Positions 18,616 to 26,005 of a DNA stretch of 32,000 bases are shown piece by piece. Source of the DNA: Candidatus Brocadia sp. (GTDB lineage: Bacteria; Planctomycetota; Brocadiia; Brocadiales; Brocadiaceae); the NCBI GenBank assembly GCA_021650915.1, contig CP091279.1:360001-392000 (forward strand), written 5' to 3'. Position numbers and translations under genes: made by a program. Numbering within the stretch: position 1 is the first letter of the stretch; every line of letters begins with the position of its first letter. The notes below the pieces were generated by a model. That model ran no database searches, was not told the DNA's origin, and was given only the letters and a program-made list of their open reading frames with translations.

Positions 18616-20466
18616 GTGTCTGAACGAAAACGCACTTTTTGTAAAAGTGCGAGGTCGATTTTCTATTTACCAATAGATAATTTTAAGATTTGAGATTAGG
18701 GTTTTTGGCAAAAATACTGTTCTTTTACATATTTCCCTTGTTTTCCCCTTTATTTTAGCCTTGTCTGGGCGTACCTGCCTCCCGGCAGACTGTTTTTCTT
18801 CGTGTTTTTTGCTTGCTTAGGCGGCTTTTCGCAACTTTTCGCACTGCTTCCGTGCCTTCTCCTGCAGCACGTTTCCCAGCTTGTGCAAATTCGCAGCTAA
18901 CACGCCCATTGCACAATATCTTTTAAAGGCATGCAGCCCTTTGTCCGGACACCTATCCAAGCCGTGATGCTCCAAACGATTGATATCCGATTCTACCGCC
19001 GAGTGCTTGTGCCTTAGCTTCTTAAATGTCTTACCCGATTCCTCTTCCTGTTCCGCCTTATTCTTCTTGCCCTTCTTGGGAAGGATTACCTCTGGTATAT
19101 ACAAACTCAGCAACTCTTTATTCTCTTTCTTGTAAAAACCTTTATCAAAACTTATACTCTTTATTGTGCCTTCTCCGTAACGGCTCAACAACCTATCTGC
19201 CAATGGAATTACCAACGATACATCCGCCTGTTTTTCTCCTACCACATGGTCCACGATGAAACCCCACTGATCGCTTGCTACCAGAATATTATGTCCCAAC
19301 TCTACCCTTTTGTTTGACTTGCCTTTGTACAGCCACTCCGTATGCGGCTCAAACAACGAATGAACCTTTTCTGCCGCCGGTATTACCTCATCCCGGATCA
19401 CCCTTCTCTCCACCAGGTCTATCTGTTTATTCAACATCCCGTGAAAATACTCCAGTGTCCCTATTTTCCCTGCATGCTTGTCTACCTGGTTCGTCGTTAG
19501 CACCTTTTCGTAGATGGCTAACAGACTCGCTCCTATCTTTTCACTCAAACCCCTCGATAATTCCAAGTAACTCCTCACATGCTCTTCCTTGTTTTTCCCC
19601 CCCGCTGCTTGACGCCTTTGCGCTTATCCTCATCAGCTTTTTTAACTCTCTCCTCCAATATTTGCTCTTGCGCCATCCTTTCCCCGCCAGGATGCCTTCC
19701 TCTATTGCATCCTCTATCATGTCCAGACTCTTGCGTCCCGCATCCCACAATAAATTCATATCGGTCGGAAAGTGTACATTCGTCTCTAACACATACGTAT
19801 CCACCTTAATACACAGTCCTTCGTCCTTTTTTTTAACCAACTGATGCCCCGATGATATCACCACTTCATTTATCTGCCTGAGGGTCTCCTCATCCAACAA
19901 TCTTATATTGTCCTTGATGCTCTGCATCGAAAAAACCTTCGCCTCTCCAAATGCCGTCTCAACCCCCATTATCTGCCTGATAAGTTTGTGATGGTTGGCA
20001 AAATCCTCCAACCTGTCATAATCGGCATCTAACCCTAATCTTACCACCGACAACACCAAAATATGCCATAAATCCATCCCATATCTTCCCGTCTTTTTTC
20101 TTCCCCTTCGTTACCTTCGCCTCTAATATCCGGAATACCTCCTCGTTCAACTCCGGTGTAACATAGATATGTTGCAACGCCCTCAGTATCGGTGGTAGCT
20201 CATCTCGACTCTTTATTGGCAGTTTTACCCCTGAAATGGGTATGATGCCAAGCTTCAATTGCTGCTCAAATCTCTTTCTCATCTTCTATCGAATGTCCTT
20301 TGGCTAGTGGGTTAATGAACCGAATATTTGGACTCTTTATACCCAGAATCCCTTCATTTTCGCCATATTTTACCCTTTTACCCGAAAAAATTCAATGACT
20401 TTCATGAACATTTTTCACCAGCTTCTCCTTACTTTACAGGGCTCTGGGGGGTTTCCGTTCAAACAC
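18616..20466 (-). mobile_element. IS element copy 1 (DDE transposase, ISNCY/IS5-like), 1851 bp, inserted in vapC
   Basis: It matches 28440-30289 except for one extra T in a T-run (20094-20099). Terminal inverted repeats are GTGTCTGAACGAAAAC and GTGTTTGAACGGAAAC (reverse complement). The 6-bp direct repeat TATGTA lies at 18610-18615 and 20467-20472. Confidence 0.85.
18817..20282 (-). pseudogene. Transposase of IS copy 1, broken into three ORFs
   Basis: ORFs 20016..20282, 19541..20077 and 18817..19578. The extra break relative to copy 2 comes from an A6 run versus an A5 run (plus-strand T-run 20094-20099). Confidence 0.75.
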
Positions 20467-20520
20467 TATGTAGATTGAGGTATCGAAAATGACTTTAACC
20501 GGTAACCCTGTGGTAGACAT
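20467..20520 (-). pseudogene. vapC: vapC 5' portion (first 18 codons)
   Basis: ATG at 20520..20518 overlaps the end of vapB by 26 nt. Translation MSTTGLPVKVIFDTSIYI contains the conserved N-terminal PIN aspartate motif (FDTS). Confidence 0.65.
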
Positions 20521-20704
20521 CCTTTATCTTCCCTTTTCCCCGTATCGATACCAGCGCTTTTTCTAGTTTACTGTTTGCTATTACCGTATCCAAAGCCTTA
20601 TTGATCGCCTCAGTGTCTGTCTTTGCCTTTGTGATCATTTTTACGGCTTCTATCTTTGCCGGATCAAGAATAAATTGCTTTCTTACTTTTAACGCCACCT
20701 TCAT
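20495..20704 (-). CDS. vapB: VapB-type antitoxin
   Basis: MKVALKVRKQFILDPAKIEAVKMITKAKTDTEAINKALDTVIANSK is typical of small VapB antitoxins found upstream of PIN toxins. I chose the ATG at 20704 because a GGAGGAAGG RBS and a sigma70-like promoter lie inside the longer ORF-track version. Confidence 0.65.
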   Translation of the reverse strand: MKVALKVRKQFILDPAKIEAVKMITKAKTDTEAINKALDTVIANSKLEKALVSIRGKGKIKDVYHRVTG

Positions 20705-20723
20705 TTTACCTTCCTCCGTGTGT

Positions 20724-20752
20724 ATTGTATTGACTGGTATACACATTGTCAA
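20724..20752 (-). promoter_or_regulatory. Sigma70-like promoter of vapBC
   Basis: On the minus strand the sequence reads TTGACA, then a 17-nt spacer, then TACAAT, followed by GGAGGAAGG and the ATG. The spacer and -10 region contain the palindrome TGTGTAT..ATACACA, a candidate operator. Confidence 0.5.
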
Positions 20753-20845
20753 ACGGTATATTGAAAATGATCACTGTGTATGTTACAGACTTATGCCGAT
20801 TTTGGCTTGACACGCATCATGGCATACGATACCATGCCGTTAAAT

Positions 20846-20885
20846 CGATAAAATAAATGTTGCGTCGGTAAAATAAATGTTGCGT
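20846..20885. repeat. Tandem 20-bp direct repeat, two copies
   Basis: GATAAAATAAATGTTGCGTC is followed directly by GGTAAAATAAATGTTGCGTA. The pair lies about 100 bp upstream of the vapB promoter. Confidence 0.7.
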
Positions 20886-20929
20886 AAGAATAACCTAGCG
20901 CAGCACAGCCGCAACCAAATTTCCTTTAT

Positions 20930-21040
20930 GAAAGTGGGGAGATTGCTTCGGAAAAGGCCCTCGCAATGACAGCGACCATGCACTTTTTGATGGCACACTG
21001 CACGTTGTCATTGCGAGTGAAGCGAAGCAATCTTTCACTC
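20930..21040. repeat. Imperfect palindromic element (GATTGCTTCG..CTCGCAATGACA / TGTCATTGCGAG..CGAAGCAATC)
   Basis: The arms are AGATTGCTTCGGAAAAGGCCCTCGCAATGACAGCG and CGTTGTCATTGCGAGTGAAGCGAAGCAATCT, separated by about 35 nt. Confidence 0.55.
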
Positions 21041-21118
21041 ATAAAAACGGTACCTCTTGAAAGGGGGTTGTAAAATAATGCAAAAAGAGAAGATTTTATA
21101 AGATAATACTATACGTAA

Positions 21119-21319
<201 letters not shown>

Positions 21320-21393
21320 GCAGGTAGGTGGGCAATACCCAACTTACATTAAGGATATGAGATGAAAAATCTAAAAATCAGGAAGGAATCAAA

Positions 21394-21618
21394 ATGAAAC
21401 AGTTTAAGATTATCGTAGAAAAACATCCGGATGGTTACGTAGCTTACCCCTTGGGGCTTAAAGGTGTTGTTGTTGGACAGGGAGATACATATGAGGATGC
21501 CCTTTCGGATGTGAAATCAGCAATCCGTTTTCACATGGAAAGCTTTGGAGAAGCTGTGCTGGATATTGAGCCACCAATACTTGAGGCATTTATCGCTGAA
21601 GCGGGAATTGAAGTCTGA
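21394..21618 (+). CDS. hicB: HicB-like antitoxin (UPF0150 fold)
   Basis: 74 aa. FKIIVEKHPDGYVAYPLGLKGVVVGQGDTYEDALSDVKSAIRFHME is typical of the HicB N-terminal domain. Its stop overlaps the hicA start (TGATG). Confidence 0.7.
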   Translation: MKQFKIIVEKHPDGYVAYPLGLKGVVVGQGDTYEDALSDVKSAIRFHMESFGEAVLDIEPPILEAFIAEAGIEV

Positions 21619-21857
21619 TGACAAAATTCCCTGTTGATGCGCCTAAACGAAAAGTAATCAAAGCACTGGAGATTTTGGGTTTCCAAATGGTACGAGAAAG
21701 AGAACACATTTCTATGATGCGTGAGAACGTTGATGGAAGCAAAACTCCTTTGACTATGCCCAATCACCCAAAGATAAAAGCTTCTACTCTAAGAACGATT
21801 TGTGCTCAAGCTCGTATAACCAGGGATGAATTCTTGGAAGCTTATGAGAAAGCATAG
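21618..21857 (+). CDS. hicA: HicA-like mRNA interferase toxin
   Basis: 79 aa. KRKVIKALEILGFQMVREREHISM...TMPNHPKIKASTLRTICAQARITRDEFLEAY matches the HicA/YcfA family pattern. It appears intact. Confidence 0.75.
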   Translation: MTKFPVDAPKRKVIKALEILGFQMVREREHISMMRENVDGSKTPLTMPNHPKIKASTLRTICAQARITRDEFLEAYEKA

Positions 21858-21859
21858 CC

Positions 21860-22381
21860 ATGAAAAGGACAGATAACAAAGCTCTTCACCTGATTGCAGT
21901 TCCGCCGTCTGAAAAGGCGCTTAGTCAGACAATTGGCGAAGCGCATCGGCGTTACACGCGTCGCATAAACTTCCGGGAAGGCTGGAGAGGACACCTATGG
22001 CAAGGACGTTTTGCCTCTTTTCCCATGGACAAAACCCATCTGTACGTAGCCGCACGCTATGTTGAACTGAATCCCGTAATGGCAAATTTGGTTAAGAAAC
22101 CACAGGATTACCGATGGAGCAGTGCATCTGCACACATTGCTGGGCGAGATGATCGACTTGTGCATGTAGCTCCGTTGCTTGAAATGTTTGGCGAGTTGGG
22201 TGATTTTCTTTCCAGAGGCCTATCAGACGAAGAAGTCGAAAAGTTTCGATGTCACGAGCGAACCGGAAGACCTCTGGGCACTAACCGTTTTATAGCCAGG
22301 CTTGAAAATGTTCTTGGAAGAATGCTCAATAAGCAGAAACCCGGCCCAAAGGCGCTTCAAAAGAAAAATAAGAATCTCTAA
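21860..22381 (+). pseudogene. N-terminally truncated HUH/Y1 transposase-like gene (COG1943 / RayT-like family)
   Basis: HLIAVPPSEKALSQTIGEAHRRYTRRINFREGWRGHLWQGRFASFPMDKTHLYVAARYVELNPVMANLV..YRWSSASAH matches the family from the HUH strand onward. The first roughly 70 residues are absent. NKALHL stands where the HUH motif (NHVHL) is expected. The ORF starts 2 nt after the hicA stop. Confidence 0.65.
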
Positions 22382-22398
22382 AATTAAGTATGGTGTCC
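22382..22398 (+). repeat. Left half of the 32-bp repeat (copy X) split by the group II intron
   Basis: AATTAAGTATGGTGTCC here joins CCGGAATTCCAAC at 24385-24397. The joined sequence matches the reverse complement of 26384-26415 (AATTAAGCATGGTGTCCCCCAGAATTCCCAAC). Confidence 0.75.
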
Positions 22399-22893
22399 GT
22401 ACGCAGTAACATTTGTTTATTCTTACGGGTTAAAGTCCCGTCCGGGAATTATCCGTTCACCCCGGTAGTTCAAGGGAGCGGCGTCTGAGCAATCAGGGGT
22501 CGTAAGTTCCCAATTGGCAAAACCGCAGGCTGCAGCGCAAGCGAACCTACAAGTAGCCTCGTCAATACAAATTGAAGATGCCGACCCCGTGGACACGTGG
22601 GGAAGGCCGAAGATTGCAGACTCAGGCAACGGAAGGAGTCTGTAATATCTTCCGGGGTAGCAGGGGCGGCATGCAGTGGAAGATAAACAGACCAGTGCTG
22701 GAGACCCTATGCAGTAATGTTTGAGGGGCATAAACCGCTCTGTATAAGGAAACGAAATCACAGCGGGCTGTATAGGGAGTCGGAGGGGTTCATGATACCG
22801 TTTGAGGACAAGGGACAACAAAACCCTGTTCGAGGAAAGGAACCCTGCTTTGTTCATGCAACCGAAGAGTAGAGGAAAAGGGAGATTGCAGAA

Positions 22894-24210
22894 ATGCTAA
22901 CAACCCCGGAAAAGATCAGGATACTACAGAGGAAGCTATACCGAAAGGCCAAGCAAGAACCAACCTACCGCTTCTACGCCCTCTATGACAAGGTATTCCG
23001 GGCAGACATCCTCAGTCATGCTTACACCCTTGTCCGTGCCAACAAAGGGAGCGCCGGGATAGACGGCGTAACCTTCGAGGCCATCGAGGAAAGAGAAGGG
23101 GTATCCGCCTTTCTGGCGGAACTGCAAGAAGCACTCAGGAGCAAGACCTATCAAGCAAGCCCTGTAAAACGAGTAATGATACCCAAGACGGACGGAACGG
23201 AACGCCCGTTAGGCATTCCCACCATCCGTGACAGGGTAGCGCAGATGGCCGTAAAACTGGTCATAGAACCCATTTTTGAAGCCGATTTCTGCGAATGTTC
23301 ATACGGGTTCAGGCCGAAGAAATCTGCCCACGATGCCGTAGATGACGTAGCATATACCCTCAACAAGGGATATACCGAAATCATAGACGCCGACCTGTCC
23401 AAATACTTTGACACCATCCCCCATGCCAAGCTTATGGCTGTGGTAGCAGAGCGCATCAGTGACGGTGAGATACTGCACCTGATAAAGACGTGGCTCAAGG
23501 CTCCGGTCATAGAAAAAGGCAGAGACGGAAAACAAAGGAACATCGGCGGAGGTAAAGGGAACCGGAAAGGCACACCTCAAGGAGGAGTAATCTCACCGTT
23601 ACTAGCCAATCTCTACCTGCACCTCCTGGACAGGATATGGGAGAGACATCGACTGGAGAAGAAACTCGGAGCCAGATTAGTACGCTTTGCCGATGACTTT
23701 GTCGTACTGTGCAGGCAAGGAACTGAACAGCCAATGGCGATAACAAAGCGGGTGCTGGACAAACTGGGACTGACGTTAAACGAGGCAAAGAGCCGTGTAG
23801 TAGACGCCATGAAAGAGGGATTTACCTTTCTTGGGTTTGAACTTCAAAAGAGGAAGAATTGGCGCACGGGGAAGAGTTATCCCCATGTTCAGCCGTCGAA
23901 GAAATCTCTCAAGAAGATAAAAGACCACATTACGGCACTTACCAGCAGGAACAGGTCCCCTCTACCGTTTGAAGCGATAGTCAAAGAGGTGAATACGGCA
24001 CTGATAGGATGGACAGGATACTTCCATTATCGCAATTGCAGCAGAGTCCTCAAGCAAGTAAGAGAACACGCTCAATTCCGGCTTCGGATACACCTGTACA
24101 GACGTCATAAAATCAGAGACAGGAAGACAGGGCTTAAGCGATACACAAACAGCATGTTATATGAGAGATATGGTCTTTACAAAGTGCCGACCACAGCGGT
24201 ATGGAGATAG
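22894..24210 (+). CDS. Group II intron reverse transcriptase/maturase
   Basis: 438 aa. RT motifs include RPLGIPTIRDRVAQ, YGFRPKKSAHDA, the VRFADDFVVL (YADD-type) box and PQGGVISPLLANLYL. The maturase X-domain motifs are GWTGYFHY and ..RYGLYKV. There is no HNH/En domain. Confidence 0.9.
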   Translation: MLTTPEKIRILQRKLYRKAKQEPTYRFYALYDKVFRADILSHAYTLVRANKGSAGIDGVTFEAIEEREGVSAFLAELQEALRSKTYQASPVKRVMIPKTDGTERPLGIPTIRDRVAQMAVKLVIEPIFEADFCECSYGFRPKKSAHDAVDDVAYTLNKGYTEIIDADLSKYFDTIPHAKLMAVVAERISDGEILHLIKTWLKAPVIEKGRDGKQRNIGGGKGNRKGTPQGGVISPLLANLYLHLLDRIWERHRLEKKLGARLVRFADDFVVLCRQGTEQPMAITKRVLDKLGLTLNEAKSRVVDAMKEGFTFLGFELQKRKNWRTGKSYPHVQPSKKSLKKIKDHITALTSRNRSPLPFEAIVKEVNTALIGWTGYFHYRNCSRVLKQVREHAQFRLRIHLYRRHKIRDRKTGLKRYTNSMLYERYGLYKVPTTAVWR

Positions 24211-24238
24211 CGCATGCCTTATGGTGAAGGGCATCGGA

Positions 24239-24272
24239 AAGCCGTGTGCGGGAAAACCGCAAGCACGGTTTG
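24239..24272 (+). ncRNA. Group II intron catalytic domain V
   Basis: AAGCCGTGTGCGGGAAAACCGCAAGCACGGTTTG has the AGC triad, a two-part helix with a bulge and a GAAA tetraloop. It aligns position by position with the domain V consensus (GAGCCGUAUGCGAUGAAAGUCGCACGUACGGUUC). Confidence 0.8.
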
Positions 24273-24384
24273 ATGAGGGAGGACTGGCGAAATAGCATGG
24301 TGAGGCTACTGAGGCACTGCCAGACGAAAGGGGCAGAAACAGATAGGCCAACCTAAACTATAGATAGCCAGTTCCCTACTCTAC

Positions 24385-24397
24385 CCGGAATTCCAAC
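24385..24397 (+). repeat. Right half of the 32-bp repeat (copy X)
   Basis: CCGGAATTCCAAC lies immediately after the intron 3' end. See 22382-22398. Confidence 0.7.
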
Positions 24398-24398
24398 T

Positions 24399-24692
24399 AT
24401 GAATCCAAGAGTAAAAGCAGTAAAGGCAAGAGATGACTATAAACTCGAGATAACCTTCTCAAATGGTGAGGTTGGCATGTACGATTGCAGTCCTTTGCTT
24501 AATTTCGGTGTATTCACCGAGTTGAAAGACAAAATTTATTTTCAACAGGCGAGGGCGGCACATGGAACTGTCGTATGGCCGCATGAGCAGGATATATGTC
24601 CCGACACGTCATATTTAGATTCTGTAAAAATAAAAAAGTCTCCTAACAAATCACTCCAGCGAACTGGCACAAAAAGCCGTGCCAGCCACTGA
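24399..24692 (+). CDS. DUF2442 family protein (cassette 1)
   Basis: MNPRVKAVKARDDYKLEITFSNGEVGMYDCSPLLNFGVFTELKDKIYFQQARAAHGTVVWPHEQDICPDTSYL matches the DUF2442 pattern. The last roughly 17 codons (SPNKSLQRTG...) are read-through into the attC-like site. Confidence 0.7.
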   Translation: MNPRVKAVKARDDYKLEITFSNGEVGMYDCSPLLNFGVFTELKDKIYFQQARAAHGTVVWPHEQDICPDTSYLDSVKIKKSPNKSLQRTGTKSRASH

Positions 24693-24707
24693 GTTTTGTC
24701 GTTCAGC
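24641..24707 (+). other. attC-like recombination site A (67 bp)
   Basis: R'' is TCCTAAC, followed by a 5-nt spacer and L'' ACTCCAGC..CTGGCAC. This pairs with L' GTGCCAG..ACTGAGT, followed by a 6-nt spacer TTTGTC and R' GTTCAGC. There is an extrahelical C in L'' and a spacer asymmetry of 5 versus 6 nt. Confidence 0.6.
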
Positions 24708-24720
24708 CAAATAAATATTG

Positions 24721-24969
24721 ATGAAATACCTCGTTTAATTAAAACCGAAAGCAATTAAAGATTTGAAAAACATTCCCAAAGCAGATGGGAAGAGGATCGT
24801 TGAAAAGCTGAAGCTTCTTGAAGATAATCTTCAGGGAGACGTAAAGAAATTGACCAATCATACTCCAGAGTATAGAATGCAAGTTGGAGACTGGCGCATT
24901 CTTTTCGAGGTAGAGGAAGAAAAAATAATCATTTATCGTACTCGCCATCGAAGAGAAGCATATAATTAG
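24721..24969 (+). pseudogene. RelE/ParE-family toxin gene with an in-frame TAA at codon 6 (cassette 2)
   Basis: It reads ATG AAA TAC CTC GTT TAA TTA AAA CCG AAA GCA ATT AAA GAT..., giving MKYLV*LKPKAIKDLKNIPKADGKRIVEKL...YRMQVGDWRILFEVEEEKIIIYRTRHRREAY. This matches the RelE family across the stop at 24736-24738. Confidence 0.7.
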
Positions 24970-24978
24970 GAGACGGTC

Positions 24979-25173
24979 ATGACCCTTCATCCACAAATTA
25001 TTGAAAAAGACGGTAAAAAAGAATTTGTTGTTTTGTCCTATGAGGAGTTTTTGCAAATCGAAGAAGCATTAGAAGATTTTGAAGATCTAAAAGAGCTGAG
25101 AAAAGAAAAAGAAGAATCAAAGGACCAGCCGACTACTCCTCTTGATAAGGTTGCTAAAGAGCTTAATCTATAA
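24979..25173 (+). CDS. Phd/YefM-type antitoxin (downstream of its toxin)
   Basis: MTLHPQIIEKDGKKEFVVLSYEEFLQIEEALEDFEDLKELRKEKEES is typical of Phd/YefM-like antitoxins. An AGGAGA RBS precedes the ATG. Confidence 0.7.
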   Translation: MTLHPQIIEKDGKKEFVVLSYEEFLQIEEALEDFEDLKELRKEKEESKDQPTTPLDKVAKELNL

Positions 25174-25177
25174 AAAA

Positions 25178-25233
25178 GCATAACAAATCAGCCTGGTAGG
25201 GTGCGCATCGCGCACCTTTCACAGCGGTTGGCA
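25178..25233 (+). other. Possible degenerate attC-like site (56 bp) or GC-rich hairpin repeat
   Basis: GCATAAC is followed by AAATC, and the segment ends in GTTGGCA. The central perfect hairpin is GGTGCGC-ATC-GCGCACC. Pairing of the flanking arms is poor, so the call is tentative. Confidence 0.3.
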
Positions 25234-25264
25234 ATATGCGGCCGAAAGGCTTTTCCACCAACCG

Positions 25265-25358
25265 GCTTAACAAGCCGCTGCACCGGACCCGCGCCCAACG
25301 GCGGCGCTTATTGCTTCCGGGCTCGGTGTGCGCAGGCCGGTGAGCTTGGTCGTTAGAT
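25265..25358 (+). other. attC-like recombination site B (94 bp)
   Basis: R'' is GCTTAAC, followed by the spacer AAGCC and L'' GCTGCACCGG. This pairs with L' CCGGTGAGC (extrahelical G), followed by the spacer TTGGTC and R' GTTAGAT, which fits GTTRRRY. Confidence 0.6.
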
Positions 25359-25383
25359 GAAAATAACAATATGGAGGTAAAAA

Positions 25384-25605
25384 ATGAAGGAGATAACAAC
25401 AACAGACATCCTTGCATTGTCAATACCTGAAAGAATTCAGCTCGTAGAGGACATTTGGGATACTATTGCCAACGAACCGGAGGCGATAGAATTAACAGAG
25501 GAGGAAAAAAAGATAATTGATGAACGATTGGAGGCTTACCATAGAAATTCTGATTTAGGTTCTCCATGGGAAGATGTTTACAGAAGGATAGTGACTAAGC
25601 AGTGA
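25384..25605 (+). CDS. Addiction-module antitoxin (putative addiction module component family)
   Basis: ILALSIPERIQLVEDIWDTIANEPEAIELTEEEKKIIDERLEAYHRN matches the family usually paired with ParE/RelE toxins. It overlaps the downstream toxin gene as GTGA. Confidence 0.65.
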   Translation: MKEITTTDILALSIPERIQLVEDIWDTIANEPEAIELTEEEKKIIDERLEAYHRNSDLGSPWEDVYRRIVTKQ

Positions 25606-25894
25606 AATACAAAGTTATAATCAGACCTGAAGCCGAAAATGACTTGAAGGAAGCGTTTTCCTGGTACGAAGACAAAAGGCTGGAGTTGGGATATGACTTC
25701 CTGCTGCAGGTCGATGCGGGCCTTAAGTTCATAGAGAGAAATCCAGAAGTCCATTCGTTTCGTTGGAATATAAAGGAACAAGAAAACACCTCATCAAAAG
25801 GTTTCCATACAAAATTATTTATCTTGTTGAAAAAGAAAAGACAATAGTCCTTACTGTAATTCATGAATTCATGGCAGGAGAAGCCCTGCTTTAA
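25602..25894 (+). pseudogene. ParE/RelE-family toxin gene with a frameshift (cassette 3)
   Basis: The first frame gives MKYKVIIRPEAENDLKEAFSWYEDKRLELGYDFLLQVDAGLKFIERNPEV, then nonsense ending at 25847. The conserved C-terminus KHLIKRFPYKIIYLVEKEKTIVLTVIH continues in the -1 frame to the stop at 25892-25894. The frame switch lies at about 25745-25770. Confidence 0.7.
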
Positions 25895-25914
25895 TAAAAA
25901 AGAGGATAGAGGGC

Positions 25915-25972
25915 ATCTAACAAGTCGTTCCAGCGGACGGGCTTCGCCTGCTGCTGAACTTTGTCATTAGAC
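25915..25972 (+). other. attC-like recombination site C (58 bp)
   Basis: ATCTAACAAGTCGTTCCAGCGGACGGGCTTCGCCTGCTGCTGAACTTTGTCATTAGAC. R'' is ATCTAAC. L'' GTTC(C)AGC pairs with L' GCTGAAC. R' is ATTAGAC. As I recall it, the first half closely resembles the class 1 integron aadA 59-be (TCTAACAATTCGTTCAAGCCGACGCCGCTTCGC). Confidence 0.7.
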
Positions 25973-26005
25973 GAAACAACAAACCAAACAAAAGGAGGTA
26001 CCACG

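Larger units (their letters stand above)
22399..24384 (+). mobile_element. Group II intron (about 1.99 kb) encoding an RT/maturase without an endonuclease domain
   Basis: The RT ORF is in domain IV. Canonical domain V lies at 24239-24272. A domain VI-like helix has a bulged A seven nt from the 3' end (..CCCTACTCTAC). Boundaries are pinned by comparison with the uninterrupted 32-bp repeat at 26384-26415. The 5' end reads GTACG, and the 3' boundary is ambiguous by 1 nt. Confidence 0.85.

Noticed and set aside
19275-19844. 189-aa Pro/Ser/Leu-rich plus-strand ORF inside the IS, duplicated at 29099..29668.
   Set aside because: It is antisense to the transposase reading frame and has a low-complexity composition typical of shadow ORFs. 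It is conserved between the copies only because the copies are identical.
20846-20885. Possible CRISPR-like repeat.
   Set aside because: There are only two directly adjacent 20-bp copies with no spacers, and no cas genes lie nearby.
21876-21935. GATAACAAAGCTCTTCACC... at the start of the truncated Y1 gene resembles the R''-L'' half of the attC-like sites (TAACAARYC.CT.CA.C).
   Set aside because: It overlaps the region where Y1-family homology (N-H-x-H-L-I-A-V-P) already begins. No convincing L'/R' partner follows, so the resemblance is likely coincidental. I keep it only as a weak possibility.
22423-22857. 144-aa minus-strand ORF.
   Set aside because: It lies entirely within the structured 5' ribozyme part (domains I-III) of the group II intron, on the opposite strand.
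22382-24397. The group II intron as a classical attC-targeting IIC intron.
   Set aside because: Its target here is the 32-bp repeat, which lacks the R/L box architecture of the three attC-like sites. The intron is also co-oriented with the cassettes, not opposed to them.
25163-25423. 86-aa minus-strand ORF.
   Set aside because: It spans the GC-rich attC-like and hairpin region between two cassettes, so it is a translation artefact of structured DNA.
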